DNA of 64,000 nucleotides from an uncultured Verrucomicrobiae bacterium (GTDB lineage Bacteria; Chlamydiota; Chlamydiia; Chlamydiales; Rhabdochlamydiaceae): NCBI GenBank assembly GCA_963806855.1, contig CAWDYW010000001.1, positions 928,001 to 992,000 of the forward strand, read 5' to 3'. Shown piece by piece: positions 20,016 to 30,102 of this stretch (position 1 is its first letter; each line of letters starts with the position of its first letter). The notes under the pieces were generated by a model. It saw only the letters and a program-made list of their open reading frames with translations, ran no database searches and was not told where the DNA came from. The position numbers and the translations under genes were made by a program.

Positions 20016-20018
20016 AGA

Positions 20019-21057
20019 TTAAGGCTGAAGAATAACCTTGAGCGCATGCTCTTTGGAAGCGTTCCCAAAGACCTCATAGGCTTTCATCGCGTCATTTAAG
20101 GAAAAGTGGTGAGTGATGAGCTGTTCTGGGTGCAGTTTGCCTGACTCGACGATTTTTAGAAGAGTTGGGATTGTAAAGGTGTCAACGAGAGCTGTTGTTA
20201 ATGTAATGTTTTCATGCCACAGATTTTCAAGATGAAGAGAGACGCTCTTTCCATGAACGCCGATATTGGCAAGAAAGCCACCGGCGCCAAGGATGAGTTG
20301 ACAGGTATCAAAAGCTTCGGGCGTTCCAACCGCTTCTATCGAAACATCAACACCTTTTTGATTGGTATGCTGCATGATTTTTTCGACAGCCTGGTTATCG
20401 CGGTCGTTAATCGTCATCGTCGCTCCCAGTTTTTTAGCTACCTCCAAGCGATAGTCATCGACATCGACAACAATAATCTGAGAAGGGGAGTAGAACTGAG
20501 CGGTGAGCAAAGCTGGCAAGACCAATAGGACCCGCCCCAATGATGGCGACGATATCGCCGAGCTTAATCTGCCCTTTTAACACGCCGGCTTCATAGCCTG
20601 TGGGAAAGATATCACTCAGCATAACAAGCGAATCTTCATCTACACCCTGAGGCAAACGGTGAAGGCTAGTGTCAGCAAAAGGGATGCGGACATATTCAGC
20701 TTGAGTCCCATCGATGCGGTTGCCAAGAATCCATCCTCCCGATTCACAATGGGAATACATCTTATCTTTACAGTATGAGCACCTTCCACAAGAAGTGATG
20801 CAGGAAATCAGGACCTTATCGCCTGGTTTAAAATTCGAAACCGCGCTGCCAGCTTCTTCCACAACTCCAATCCCTTCATGCCCTAGAGTGCGCCCGACAT
20901 CCACAGTCGGAACATCGCCCTTGCGAATATGAAGATCGGTGCCGCAGATAGTGGTTTTGAGGATCTTCACCAGACAGTCGGTTGCTTTTTCAAGTTTGGG
21001 CTTTGGCTTTTCTTCGAGAGTTACTGTTCCCGGACCACGGTAAACAACAGCTTTCAT
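20019..21057 (-). CDS. Zinc-dependent alcohol dehydrogenase (one frameshift near 20510)
   Basis: TTICGTDLHI, GHEG, CxxCxxC..C, GAGPIG; continues in the 20019..20540 frame. Confidence 0.92.
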
Positions 21058-21168
21058 AGGGCTCCTTTTTTCAAAGTCATCTTTAAAAAAAGGGAGAGTT
21101 TTGTAAAGGAAAATCGATTGCAGCAGGGGCCGAAGAGTGGTATAATATTCTTAATCATCAGGAGTTTT

Positions 21169-22113
21169 ATGAAAAAATTAGTTTATCTTTGTCTCGCCTC
21201 CCTTTTGCTGCTCTCATCAGAGGGTTTAATTTCCGAGCAATCTTTTAAAACTGAAAATGTTATCTATGTGAATAGAGAGCTTGAAGATGTCAAAAAGATC
21301 GCCCGGGATGCTGGTAAAAAAATCCTTGAAATCCGCGAGTCGGGTGGATTGATCTCTAAAGATGAGCTTCTCCCTAATGGGAAACTCGTCCGCCAAACTA
21401 ATGCCGATATCGATGGGAGTCAATACATCATCGACCAGCTGACAAAGCTCTATCCAACCTACGGCATCATCACCCAAGATCTGATGGACGAAGACCTCAC
21501 CTGGTACTTGAAAGAGTCCATTTGGCTAATCAACGCGATCGACGGGACGAAAGAATTTGAAAAGGGGCATGACGATTTCCATGTGCAAATCGGCCTTCTC
21601 AGAGGAGAGCAGACGATCATGGGGGTGAGCTATTATCCTGTGACTGATACTTATGTTTGGGCAGTGCAGGGACAAGGAGCTTGGATTGAAAACGATGGAA
21701 AGACGACCCGCTTAAGCGCAGTCCGATGTCCTGAAAAGATCCTCCTGAAATCGAGCAGTTATGCCCAAATCCAACCTTATTTTCAGCAATGGGATTGGAC
21801 CCCCAGCCAAGTGACAGGTGCCGAGCTCAGCACCACAGGACGAATTCTGGCGATGATCCGCGGCGAAGCATCTCTCTACATCTCTTTGGGGGCGTCACCC
21901 ATGGGGAAAGAGAAAAAAGGGGGCGTTTGGAACTATGGAGCTAATGCGCTCATCGCTCGCGAGGCTGGCCTCATCCTCACAACTCTCGGCGGAAATCCAA
22001 TTGACCTACGGCAGCCTGAGGCCCTTTTAGTCGAAGGGATCGTCTTGACCAATGACCCCGTTCTTTATGACAAAGTGATCGAATCGGACTGGCATTTAAA
22101 CAACCCGTTCTGA
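21169..22113 (+). CDS. Signal-peptide-bearing CysQ/inositol monophosphatase-fold protein with degenerate metal ligands
   Basis: AGGAG RBS before ATG 21169; TNAD, W(L)INAIDGTKEF, WN instead of canonical DPxDGT and WD. Confidence 0.8.
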   Translation: MKKLVYLCLASLLLLSSEGLISEQSFKTENVIYVNRELEDVKKIARDAGKKILEIRESGGLISKDELLPNGKLVRQTNADIDGSQYIIDQLTKLYPTYGIITQDLMDEDLTWYLKESIWLINAIDGTKEFEKGHDDFHVQIGLLRGEQTIMGVSYYPVTDTYVWAVQGQGAWIENDGKTTRLSAVRCPEKILLKSSSYAQIQPYFQQWDWTPSQVTGAELSTTGRILAMIRGEASLYISLGASPMGKEKKGGVWNYGANALIAREAGLILTTLGGNPIDLRQPEALLVEGIVLTNDPVLYDKVIESDWHLNNPF

Positions 22114-22345
22114 GTCGATTTGGTTCAATTCTGACTTAATTCCTTATAAACCAGGCATTTAAATTGACCCACTTTTTAAGACGTGGGTCATATGGTTCAA
22201 TTTCGAAAATTGGAATTGACCCACGGCAGCCTGAGGCTCTTTTAGTCGAGGGGATCGTCTTAACGAATGACCCCGTTCTTTATGAGAAAGTGATCGAGTC
22301 GGATTGGCATTTAAACAACCCATTCTGAGCCGATTTGGTTCAATT
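21999..22345 (+). repeat. 132-bp imperfect direct repeat (21999-22130, 22214-22345) duplicating the gene 3' end
   Basis: 10 mismatches by manual alignment; each copy is bounded by AATTGACC...GGTTCAATT. Confidence 0.9.
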
Positions 22346-22470
22346 TGAGCCTCTATTCTTTTTTTTAACTAGCATTTGAAGGGATCCCTTTGATAGAATT
22401 TCCAGCTTAACAATCAACTTAATAAATTTTGTATTGTTTAGTTTAGGACAATTTTAACAAATATAGGTGC

Positions 22471-25400
22471 ATGATGTTACCCGTTAATCCTGCAATGCAA
22501 GCAAGACAGTTTGTGCCCGTGGATCTGAAAATACCACCTGGAAGTGAAGTCAAAGCGATGATAAAATGCGGGTCTTGCACACTGTATTTTTTCCAGAGTA
22601 GCACCAACAATCTACGTGGTATTTGCATTGAGGGCGATGGAGCGCAAGAAGAAGAGCTCTGCTCTGAGCTGCGGAGGTTGATCGAGCTCCATGGCCCCAT
22701 TGATCAGCTCCTATCTCATCCAAAGTACGATGGTTTAAGGGAAAAATTTTTACTCCAAGCAGCTCCGGAGTCCAAAACGCTTGATGGCAGATCCGTTGTT
22801 CACCAAAAAGTAGAGTCTGACCATGAAGTTAGGCAGACGAGAACGACTAGGTCAACGGATTCTCCGTTCAATTCACCTTTGCATTCACAGCTCGCTTCCT
22901 ATGGAGGAATAGCGTTGCAAACATTTTTATCCTCTGGGGCTCAGTTTGCCGCGCAGGATCGGATATCTCAACTTGAAAAAGAAATCCAAGATACTAAAGC
23001 AAAGGGGAGGGAACTCGCAAATGAATTGGATAACAAAAACCCTCAAGGAGTAAATTGGTACGAAGGCTACAAAGGCAATGTACTCCCTATTCGTGGGCGA
23101 TTAGACTCCATCATTGAAAGTGGAGATCTTGAAGGCCTTGATAAGTTATTGCCAGGTGTTTTTACAAACTTGAAAGAACCCCCCAAAATATTCTATCGTG
23201 GGCCTTTAGATTATTCCTGGATTCCTAGTGGTAGTGGGGGGGACGAAGTAATCTATGTCCATCCCATTACTGGTATCAGTTTGCTTAAAAGGGATTTACC
23301 CCAAGTCTTTAAGATAAGAGAATCCATCCAGAAACACCAGGACGTGCAACAAAAGTTGAATGGTATGAAGGCTCGCAGCAGGTTTCTAGAGCAACATGCC
23401 CCCTGGGATCAATCCTTAGCGCATCTTGAGGTATTGGCCGGGCTCTGGAATAAAGACACGGCCCATATCGTCCTACGGCAGGCACGTTTAGGAAATCAAC
23501 TTGTTGAAAAGCTTAGAGTACTCCAATTCCGCCTTGATCAATTCAATGAGATGCGTAAGAAGGATGGGTTTCTCACTGCGGCGTGGTCGATCGGTGCATC
23601 CATTAGTACTTTAGAGCCTCTATTAGCGTGTATGGCTCTCGGCGCATCCATTTGCGCGATAGTCGGATCTTCCGGAAATGAAATGCTTCCTCCTCTTACT
23701 CAGCAGACGTTCTTTCAGGTCATCAATCAAAGTCTTTTTCCGCTAATTCAAGATGTTCATCTCTCCCTTTCCAATGGACAGAGCAGATTGGCAGACCAAA
23801 CGGATGAACAGACCACAGCTTTGCTACAGGCCATGAACTTGTGTCAAAAGGAGCTTATTGAACTTCTCGCGAGATTGAAGGGGGAGACAAATCAACATTT
23901 CGAGACTAAAAAGTTTGAGGATTTTGTGACAGCCGTTCGAAGGAACGCACGAGCCTATCGGGAGGACAAGCTTGCCGATGCAGTAGCGTTTATAAAAGGA
24001 ACTCGTGTTCCTCCCGATGGTTGGTTACAACGGTACTTAGAATCGACTGAGGCCGCCCTTGCCCATAGCAAAACGAACGATGCCCATGGATTCATTGGAT
24101 CTAAATCGCCTTCGATGGAGTGTGCCGCCCAGAGTGGTGTCTCTATGTTTAGTACTGGGGGCATCCATCATGCCCTTTTTGGAAATCAACTGTTCCCGCC
24201 AGAACTTTCCCTCTTAGACGCTGCTTGCCATACCTACATCTGCCTGGTCCGCGCCCTATTGCAGAACCAACAAATGATGAAGTCTAAAGAGTCTACAGGT
24301 TTATTGCTTCTTGCTGAAAGGCTCTTGGAGGGGATTGAGAATCAGAGCCGCATTTTCAATGGGTTGGGGCTGACACTCAATTTGTTATTAGAAAGTCATG
24401 AAGCCTTCATGATGCGATTAGAGAATAACATACGGGCTTCTAAAGTGGCAAAAGCAGGCGCACAGGATAAGACTCGTCAATGGGTTATGGACAGCCGTGC
24501 AGCTATTATTGAGGCCACTATAGGCCAAGAAATGTTCGGCTTAAGCAAATTCGCCTTTATGCCCATGAACTTAACTCCTTATAGTGATGAAATTCAATCT
24601 ACTCTAAATGGAAGACAATATTTAAATAGTCTGACATTTCCACCCATATTATTTTTTAGATGGAAGCAAGGGGACAGTTGGAGTAAGACAACATCTGTTA
24701 TGGACAGAAAGGTCTGCGAGCTACCTATGGCCTGCAAATTAACTGATAAAATATTTACGGGTGAAGCTCTAAAGGCGCAAGAATATTGTCATAAAGCCAA
24801 TGCATCGTTGAAACGGCGGATTTGGTGGGACAAAAATGGATTCCAATCTGCTGTGTCCGTATCAGCTATGTCTCGTATCCCATTTGCTTATACATGGGGT
24901 CATATGGACGAGTTAAGTGTGATCGATAATCCCCCTGTTCCTCCAAAAAATCCACTGCTTGATTGTACAGTTTTGCTTCAAGTAAAAGAAGCTTGGGATG
25001 GCAACCTAAAAACTGAATTTGATCAAGATTCTCGCTTGCAAATGGAAGACCTTCAAAAAATTCCCCGTGTTGACGAAAGCTGCGGAGCGCAGCGCAAAAA
25101 TTTAATGGCTGGTGTTTTGGACCTCTTGGAGGGGGGAAACCTTCCAGAGGAGCATCCTTTGAGAAAATATTCTGATCGTTATGAGGTGTGTTTGCCCCTT
25201 CAAAAGGGCGCCACTCCGCTCCCTTTACCCAAAACTTTGATGGCCTATATGCAACATGCTCTTTGTCCGGATTTGGAAAAAATGGCCTTGACGGGCTCTA
25301 GCGTTGACCTCAGGTATGACTTCGAGAAATCGAGGCTGGGCGATGTGTACCGTCTCAACCTCCATGCAGTCTATGATGAGAGCCAAGTGCCTTTTCAATC

Positions 25401-26232
25401 CCGATGTATTTTCGAAGTAGATGCAGCCACAGTAGAGTCTTATGCCAAGCAGATGGAAGAAGGAGCAACTCCGAACATCACAGAGTTTCTTTACAGCGCC
25501 CTTTTTGCAGGAGACTATGAAGGAGAAGGGCTTCCGGGGGCCAAAACACACGTCAATGAAAAGAAAGGAATTATCGCACCAAGTTTGACAGCCTTCCCAG
25601 GCCTATTCCGCATCCTGGAGAAGTGCCCTCATCTCTGTTTTTCTTTCAATCATCGGCAATACTCTGAATACACTGATGCCACGTTTAATTCATTGATCCG
25701 GTTTCTGGACGGTAATCAGTTTAACGAAAGAGCTAAGAAATTTTTCAAAGTCGGGCAGACCCAGGTTAATGCTCAGAACTACATGGCCGTCCAGAAAAGG
25801 ATGCGGGAGAAAGCGAGCTCTATCGAAAGCTCTGTAGAGGTCCAGACTTTTAAACGAAACTATACCTTGTTCCAAACTTTGGCTCAGCTTGTTTCAGCAG
25901 ATAACCCTAATGCGGTGCGTGAAAAGCTTATGGCCTTTGCTCGGATCATTCCTCCTGGTGAAATGGGCTGGCTCGAACAAGCTTACTATTATGATCCGCC
26001 ATCTAAAGAAGCCTGCAGACGCCTTCTCACGGAATTGGGGAATAACCCCTCTCTTGCTCAGCAACGCCTAGAAAAGCATGCAGGAAAGCTTCGTGACATT
26101 AGGTCGGTTCTACAACGCATAGAAAATGGAGAGTCTTTTTCCCTGGAAGAACAAATGAGATGGGTTGAATACAAATCTGGATTGAATGAGCCCTCAAAGT
26201 TATTGGCAAATTTGGAAGAGGATGCAAAATAA
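22471..26232 (+). CDS. Large hypothetical protein (coiled coils + hydrophobic hairpin), candidate effector
   Basis: 1253-aa uninterrupted ORF; no family recognised. Confidence 0.8.
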   Translation: MMLPVNPAMQARQFVPVDLKIPPGSEVKAMIKCGSCTLYFFQSSTNNLRGICIEGDGAQEEELCSELRRLIELHGPIDQLLSHPKYDGLREKFLLQAAPESKTLDGRSVVHQKVESDHEVRQTRTTRSTDSPFNSPLHSQLASYGGIALQTFLSSGAQFAAQDRISQLEKEIQDTKAKGRELANELDNKNPQGVNWYEGYKGNVLPIRGRLDSIIESGDLEGLDKLLPGVFTNLKEPPKIFYRGPLDYSWIPSGSGGDEVIYVHPITGISLLKRDLPQVFKIRESIQKHQDVQQKLNGMKARSRFLEQHAPWDQSLAHLEVLAGLWNKDTAHIVLRQARLGNQLVEKLRVLQFRLDQFNEMRKKDGFLTAAWSIGASISTLEPLLACMALGASICAIVGSSGNEMLPPLTQQTFFQVINQSLFPLIQDVHLSLSNGQSRLADQTDEQTTALLQAMNLCQKELIELLARLKGETNQHFETKKFEDFVTAVRRNARAYREDKLADAVAFIKGTRVPPDGWLQRYLESTEAALAHSKTNDAHGFIGSKSPSMECAAQSGVSMFSTGGIHHALFGNQLFPPELSLLDAACHTYICLVRALLQNQQMMKSKESTGLLLLAERLLEGIENQSRIFNGLGLTLNLLLESHEAFMMRLENNIRASKVAKAGAQDKTRQWVMDSRAAIIEATIGQEMFGLSKFAFMPMNLTPYSDEIQSTLNGRQYLNSLTFPPILFFRWKQGDSWSKTTSVMDRKVCELPMACKLTDKIFTGEALKAQEYCHKANASLKRRIWWDKNGFQSAVSVSAMSRIPFAYTWGHMDELSVIDNPPVPPKNPLLDCTVLLQVKEAWDGNLKTEFDQDSRLQMEDLQKIPRVDESCGAQRKNLMAGVLDLLEGGNLPEEHPLRKYSDRYEVCLPLQKGATPLPLPKTLMAYMQHALCPDLEKMALTGSSVDLRYDFEKSRLGDVYRLNLHAVYDESQVPFQSRCIFEVDAATVESYAKQMEEGATPNITEFLYSALFAGDYEGEGLPGAKTHVNEKKGIIAPSLTAFPGLFRILEKCPHLCFSFNHRQYSEYTDATFNSLIRFLDGNQFNERAKKFFKVGQTQVNAQNYMAVQKRMREKASSIESSVEVQTFKRNYTLFQTLAQLVSADNPNAVREKLMAFARIIPPGEMGWLEQAYYYDPPSKEACRRLLTELGNNPSLAQQRLEKHAGKLRDIRSVLQRIENGESFSLEEQMRWVEYKSGLNEPSKLLANLEEDAK

Positions 26233-26234
26233 TT

Positions 26235-27113
26235 TCACCCTTGAGTAAGACATGAAGAGTTATTCAATGGGAATTTAGCGAATAGGTCTAGAAACCCCTT
26301 GGCATGTGCGCTAGGGGTCATATTTTTCTCAAAGAGCGCAAAAAGAGTGTAGTCCATCGGATTTAGCTCTTCGAAAACGGGCTTTAGGTCTGGGTTGGCA
26401 TAGGCGATATAATCGGGAAAAAGTCCCACGCCGAGCCCTTCTTGCACGAGTTTCGCAATCACACCCCAGCTCGATACTTCCATCAATGTTGGCAACTCAG
26501 TTCCATGCAAATTGCGATAGCGGGTTTTGAGCAGATTTGTCTCCATCCGCTCTTCTGAATCGAGTAAGAAAGAGAGGGCGGTAGGGTCTTGTATCTTTTT
26601 GGAGACATAGAGCCGATAGGATCCGTCATGTAGAGGGTGCTTCTCGAATTGAGAGAGATCTTCGTTATTGAGCGAGATGCCAAAATCGATGGTGCCGTTT
26701 TTGATCATGTCTTTGATGGCATAGTAATTACCGAGTCGAAAGTTGATCCTTAAGTTGGGCAGATGCTCCTTGGCTAGCTTGAGATACTGCGGAAGGCAGG
26801 AAAGGGCAAAGCTGTGGGTGCATCCAAAGGTGATTGTCCCTTCTTTTTTTGCTAGGAAGTCCTCGGTGGTCTGAATGGCTTTGAAGATCTCTTTGGCATG
26901 AGCGAAGAGCTGTTTGCCCTCTTCTGTCACTTTGAACCGATTCGGCTGGTGGGAAATGAGCGCTTTCCCGAGGCTGCCTTCGAGTTTATTAATCCCTTGG
27001 CTCACAGCGGATTGGCTGACAAAATTCAGTTTGGCTGCCGCAGAGATGCTCCCGCTGCGTACCGAGTCACAAAAATATTTTAAATAGACCAGATTTAAAT
27101 GAAGTTTTGTCAT
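26235..27113 (-). CDS. LysR family transcriptional regulator
   Basis: GSISAAAKLNFVSQSAVSQGINKLEGSLG HTH; LVQEGLGVGLFP. Confidence 0.95.
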   Translation of the reverse strand: MTKLHLNLVYLKYFCDSVRSGSISAAAKLNFVSQSAVSQGINKLEGSLGKALISHQPNRFKVTEEGKQLFAHAKEIFKAIQTTEDFLAKKEGTITFGCTHSFALSCLPQYLKLAKEHLPNLRINFRLGNYYAIKDMIKNGTIDFGISLNNEDLSQFEKHPLHDGSYRLYVSKKIQDPTALSFLLDSEERMETNLLKTRYRNLHGTELPTLMEVSSWGVIAKLVQEGLGVGLFPDYIAYANPDLKPVFEELNPMDYTLFALFEKNMTPSAHAKGFLDLFAKFPLNNSSCLTQG

Positions 27114-27126
27114 AAGCAGTTCTTAT
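27112..27126. promoter_or_regulatory. Candidate LysR box (T-N11-A)
   Basis: ATAAG-cagtt-CTTAT overlapping the lysR start in the divergent intergenic region. Confidence 0.6.
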
Positions 27127-27199
27127 ACCTCCTTTCAATAATATGAATTTTCCTTATTTTAATCCACTGTTTTATCATCTGGGGAAAAGGAGCTGAAAG

Positions 27200-27706
27200 A
27201 TGATAACAGATAGTTTTCTTTCTATATTCGCTGCCAAAGAGGCGCGACGTTTTAAATTGAAGGTGGGGGTCTTTGTTGTATTGATGCAGGATGAACAGGT
27301 GCTATTGCTCAAACGATTTCAGACAGGTATCGCCGATGGGAAATATGTGCTTCCCATGGGTGGGCACGATGGGCAAGAGCCGATCACCCGCACGCTGATC
27401 CGTGAGGCCAAAGAGGAGATCAATATCGATCTCAGGGACGAAGATGTATCGGTTTGCCATATGATGCACCGTTTTCAGCCGATGCCAGAGGGGCTTTCTT
27501 TCGAGCAGATTGATGTCTTTTTTAAGGTGCGTCGCTTTGATGGGACTATTCAAAATAATGAGCCCCATGTCTGCGAGGAGCTAAAATTTTTCCCATTGAA
27601 CGATCTGCCCAAATCAATCGATGGGTTCATCAGTTGTGCTCTAAGCTGCATCGAGAGAGGGGAGTTCTATTCTGAATTTGGCTTTGATGGGAGGGTGTCA
27701 TGTTAG
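27200..27706 (+). CDS. NUDIX hydrolase
   Basis: Nudix box GGHDGQEPITRTLIREAKEEINI; NNEPHVC. Confidence 0.92.
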   Translation: MITDSFLSIFAAKEARRFKLKVGVFVVLMQDEQVLLLKRFQTGIADGKYVLPMGGHDGQEPITRTLIREAKEEINIDLRDEDVSVCHMMHRFQPMPEGLSFEQIDVFFKVRRFDGTIQNNEPHVCEELKFFPLNDLPKSIDGFISCALSCIERGEFYSEFGFDGRVSC

Positions 27707-28641
27707 ATATTATTTCCTATGAGACTTTCATGCAAGGCGGTCCTGAAATGGTCGCGGAATTAAAAAAGGCGTTTCATGAAAAAGGGATCGTCGGGATTAA
27801 GGGGATTCCTGGCTATAGAGAAAAAGTATTCAAGTTCATCGAAGCTGCCAGAGAGTTTTCTGCCCTTCCAGAAGAGGTTAAGCAGCGCTATGAGCCCAGT
27901 CGGTTGTATGGCAAGGATCCCCTTGGTTATGAGAAGGGGAAAGAGCGATTTCGGCTTCCAAATGGCGATTGGGTAATCGATGATCTGAAGGTATCCTACT
28001 ATGGGCTTGTCCCCGATACGATCCAAAACAAGTGGCCGACAGAGGTCGATTTAAAAACCCCTTTTCAAGGGCTGGGCATGATCATGTCTGAGATGGGGAC
28101 AGCGATCATGGAGACAATCGGGTTACTCGGGCCCGAGTCTGTGATCAATTTAGAGGGGATTCCCCGACTCGGTAGAATGCTCTATTACCGCAAGAGTACG
28201 GAGAGTCAAAATGGCAATCCCCACTGGTGTGGTTCTCACTTTGATCATGGGTTGTTCACTGCGTTACTGCCTGCCTTTTATTTTGATGAGGGGGTGCCAG
28301 TTGTAGAACCAGAGGAAGCGGGGCTTTTCATTAAGACAACCAGAGAGGGGGTATTTGAAAAGATTGTTGCGGATGATCCCGACGTGCTCCTATTTCAGGT
28401 GGGGGAATTTGCTCAATTAGCCACTAGCGATGCCATCCGAGCGACCGAGCACCGCGTGCATAAAGCCTCTGGCTCAGTGGAGCGGTATACGATGGCCCTC
28501 TTTTTCGTTCCGCCGATAGATACTGTGGTCTATTCTTATTCTGAATTGAGCAAAGATGCCCGTTATGGGGGAGTCCCCGGCGCGCCCTGCACGGCTCAGA
28601 GGTGGAATGATGAATCTTATAACCGCTATCTGGTGAAATAA
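27700..28641 (+). CDS. 2-oxoglutarate/Fe(II) dioxygenase (IPNS/DIOX-like)
   Basis: RMLYY, HFD...H facial triad (GSHFDHG; ATEHRV), RYT co-substrate motif. Confidence 0.88.
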   Translation: MLDIISYETFMQGGPEMVAELKKAFHEKGIVGIKGIPGYREKVFKFIEAAREFSALPEEVKQRYEPSRLYGKDPLGYEKGKERFRLPNGDWVIDDLKVSYYGLVPDTIQNKWPTEVDLKTPFQGLGMIMSEMGTAIMETIGLLGPESVINLEGIPRLGRMLYYRKSTESQNGNPHWCGSHFDHGLFTALLPAFYFDEGVPVVEPEEAGLFIKTTREGVFEKIVADDPDVLLFQVGEFAQLATSDAIRATEHRVHKASGSVERYTMALFFVPPIDTVVYSYSELSKDARYGGVPGAPCTAQRWNDESYNRYLVK

Positions 28642-28665
28642 AAACTCGATACATATAATTGGCAT

Positions 28666-29280
28666 ATGAAAACAAAAATTGCAATCTACCTGGCAGGAAG
28701 CATCAAAAAGGGGCATGAAAAATCGGACGACACCTATTGGACCGATGAGGACATGGCCCTTTTAAGGGAGAGTCTGCACGACTTTGAGCTCTCCTTCCTC
28801 AATCCCGCTTTCCGAACAGACGATTTGTCAGATCAGAGATCGGTGTTTGGCCGCGATATGGTGCAAGTCTTTTCCTCCAATTTCGTTTTTGCTGACGTGC
28901 GCGATAGGCGTGGTTTAGGGGTAGGGGCCGAAATGATGTGGGCCAAACTGCATCACATTCCCATCATCTCCTGGGCACCTAGAAATAGCCACTACCGAAA
29001 AGACAAGGCCACCATCTTGGGCTCGCCTGTTGATAATTTCATCCACCCTTTTGTCGAGGGGCTGAGTGATAAAATCGTCGAAAATCTCGAGGAAGGGGCA
29101 AAATGGATCCGAGAAGTGATTTCCGACCCCTCGATTTCAATCAAAGGGATCGATGACATCGGCGCCGCCATGCAGTACTATAAAGAAAAGCAGCTGCACC
29201 GCGACCGGCCGATGCAGGAAATGATCAGCTCAAACGAGGCTCTACAGCAGCGGATGAACCGACTCATCCTCAGGAGTTAG
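28666..29280 (+). CDS. Nucleoside 2-deoxyribosyltransferase / nucleotide N-glycosidase-like protein
   Basis: IYLAGSI, LNP, RD....SS, GLGVGAEMMWA catalytic-Glu motif. Confidence 0.72.
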   Translation: MKTKIAIYLAGSIKKGHEKSDDTYWTDEDMALLRESLHDFELSFLNPAFRTDDLSDQRSVFGRDMVQVFSSNFVFADVRDRRGLGVGAEMMWAKLHHIPIISWAPRNSHYRKDKATILGSPVDNFIHPFVEGLSDKIVENLEEGAKWIREVISDPSISIKGIDDIGAAMQYYKEKQLHRDRPMQEMISSNEALQQRMNRLILRS

Positions 29281-29616
29281 GTTGGTGATATGTTGCTCAG
29301 GGTACCATGCGGGAGCGACGGGTAGAACGACGGTCATCGTCCCTTCCCAATAGTACCGTTCGCCGGCAGGAATTAGGACAACATCCCCCTCGCCAAGCTC
29401 CACGCTATTGCTTTCAGTGACGAGCCTTCCGCTCCCTTTCACGACATAACCCATTTCAGTGCATTTGAGATTGACCGCATAGCCTACATCTGGATAGCGA
29501 CCGGTGATCTCTGCTACTCCGATGTTGATCTCTGTATTCTGCATCACATATTCAAGCACAGTACATTTAGAAGAATTATCATGTTTGATCGCATCTTGCA
29601 GTTTGACATACTCCAT
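29242..29616 (-). CDS. Cupin domain protein
   Basis: E.GYVVKGSG...LGEGDVVLIPAGE; GGAGG RBS. Confidence 0.8.
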   Translation of the reverse strand: MEYVKLQDAIKHDNSSKCTVLEYVMQNTEINIGVAEITGRYPDVGYAVNLKCTEMGYVVKGSGRLVTESNSVELGEGDVVLIPAGERYYWEGTMTVVLPVAPAWYPEQHITNLTPEDESVHPLL

Positions 29617-29676
29617 TGAAGCCTCCAGGTTGCTCGAATTGTAGCCTGAATTGCTTTTTCTTGGTAAGATATTGGA

Positions 29677-30102
29677 ATGACTTTTCAGTATCCAATTCGT
29701 ACCCGTTATTCTGAAACTGGACAAGATGGAATCATCCACCATTCTGCCTATGTGGTCTATTTGGAAGTGGCACGCGTGGAATTTTTTAAACAGCTGGGAT
29801 TGGACATCAATGAACTCGAGAAAAAGGGGATGCTCTGCCCTGTTGTAGATCTCTTTGTGAAATATCTAAAACCTCTCAACTCTTTAGAAGATATCGTCGT
29901 CGAAGTTTCGGTCGGGGAGCTTTCGAAGGTCAAATTTAGTCTGAATTATCGAGTGTTAAAAGCGGAGGCTTTAGTGGCTACGGCCGTGGTTTCCCATTGC
30001 ATTATCGATGGGTCGTTTAAGCCAATTGCCATTCCAAAAGAGTTTATGGAGAAGCTAGCACTTCTAGCAAGAACCGCTTCGTCTGCTCCCATGCTCGTAT
30101 AG
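29677..30102 (+). CDS. Acyl-CoA thioesterase (YbgC/FadM hotdog fold)
   Basis: RYSETGQDGIIHHSAYVVYLEVAR. Confidence 0.88.
   Translation: MTFQYPIRTRYSETGQDGIIHHSAYVVYLEVARVEFFKQLGLDINELEKKGMLCPVVDLFVKYLKPLNSLEDIVVEVSVGELSKVKFSLNYRVLKAEALVATAVVSHCIIDGSFKPIAIPKEFMEKLALLARTASSAPMLV

Noticed and set aside
20929..21168. N-terminal extension of the CysQ-like ORF
   Set aside because: Overlaps the divergent ADH gene; TATAAT, the AGGAG RBS and the signal peptide support ATG 21169
21999..22345. Possible DGR template/variable repeat pair
   Set aside because: Mismatches are not adenine-specific and are mostly synonymous third positions; no reverse transcriptase in the window
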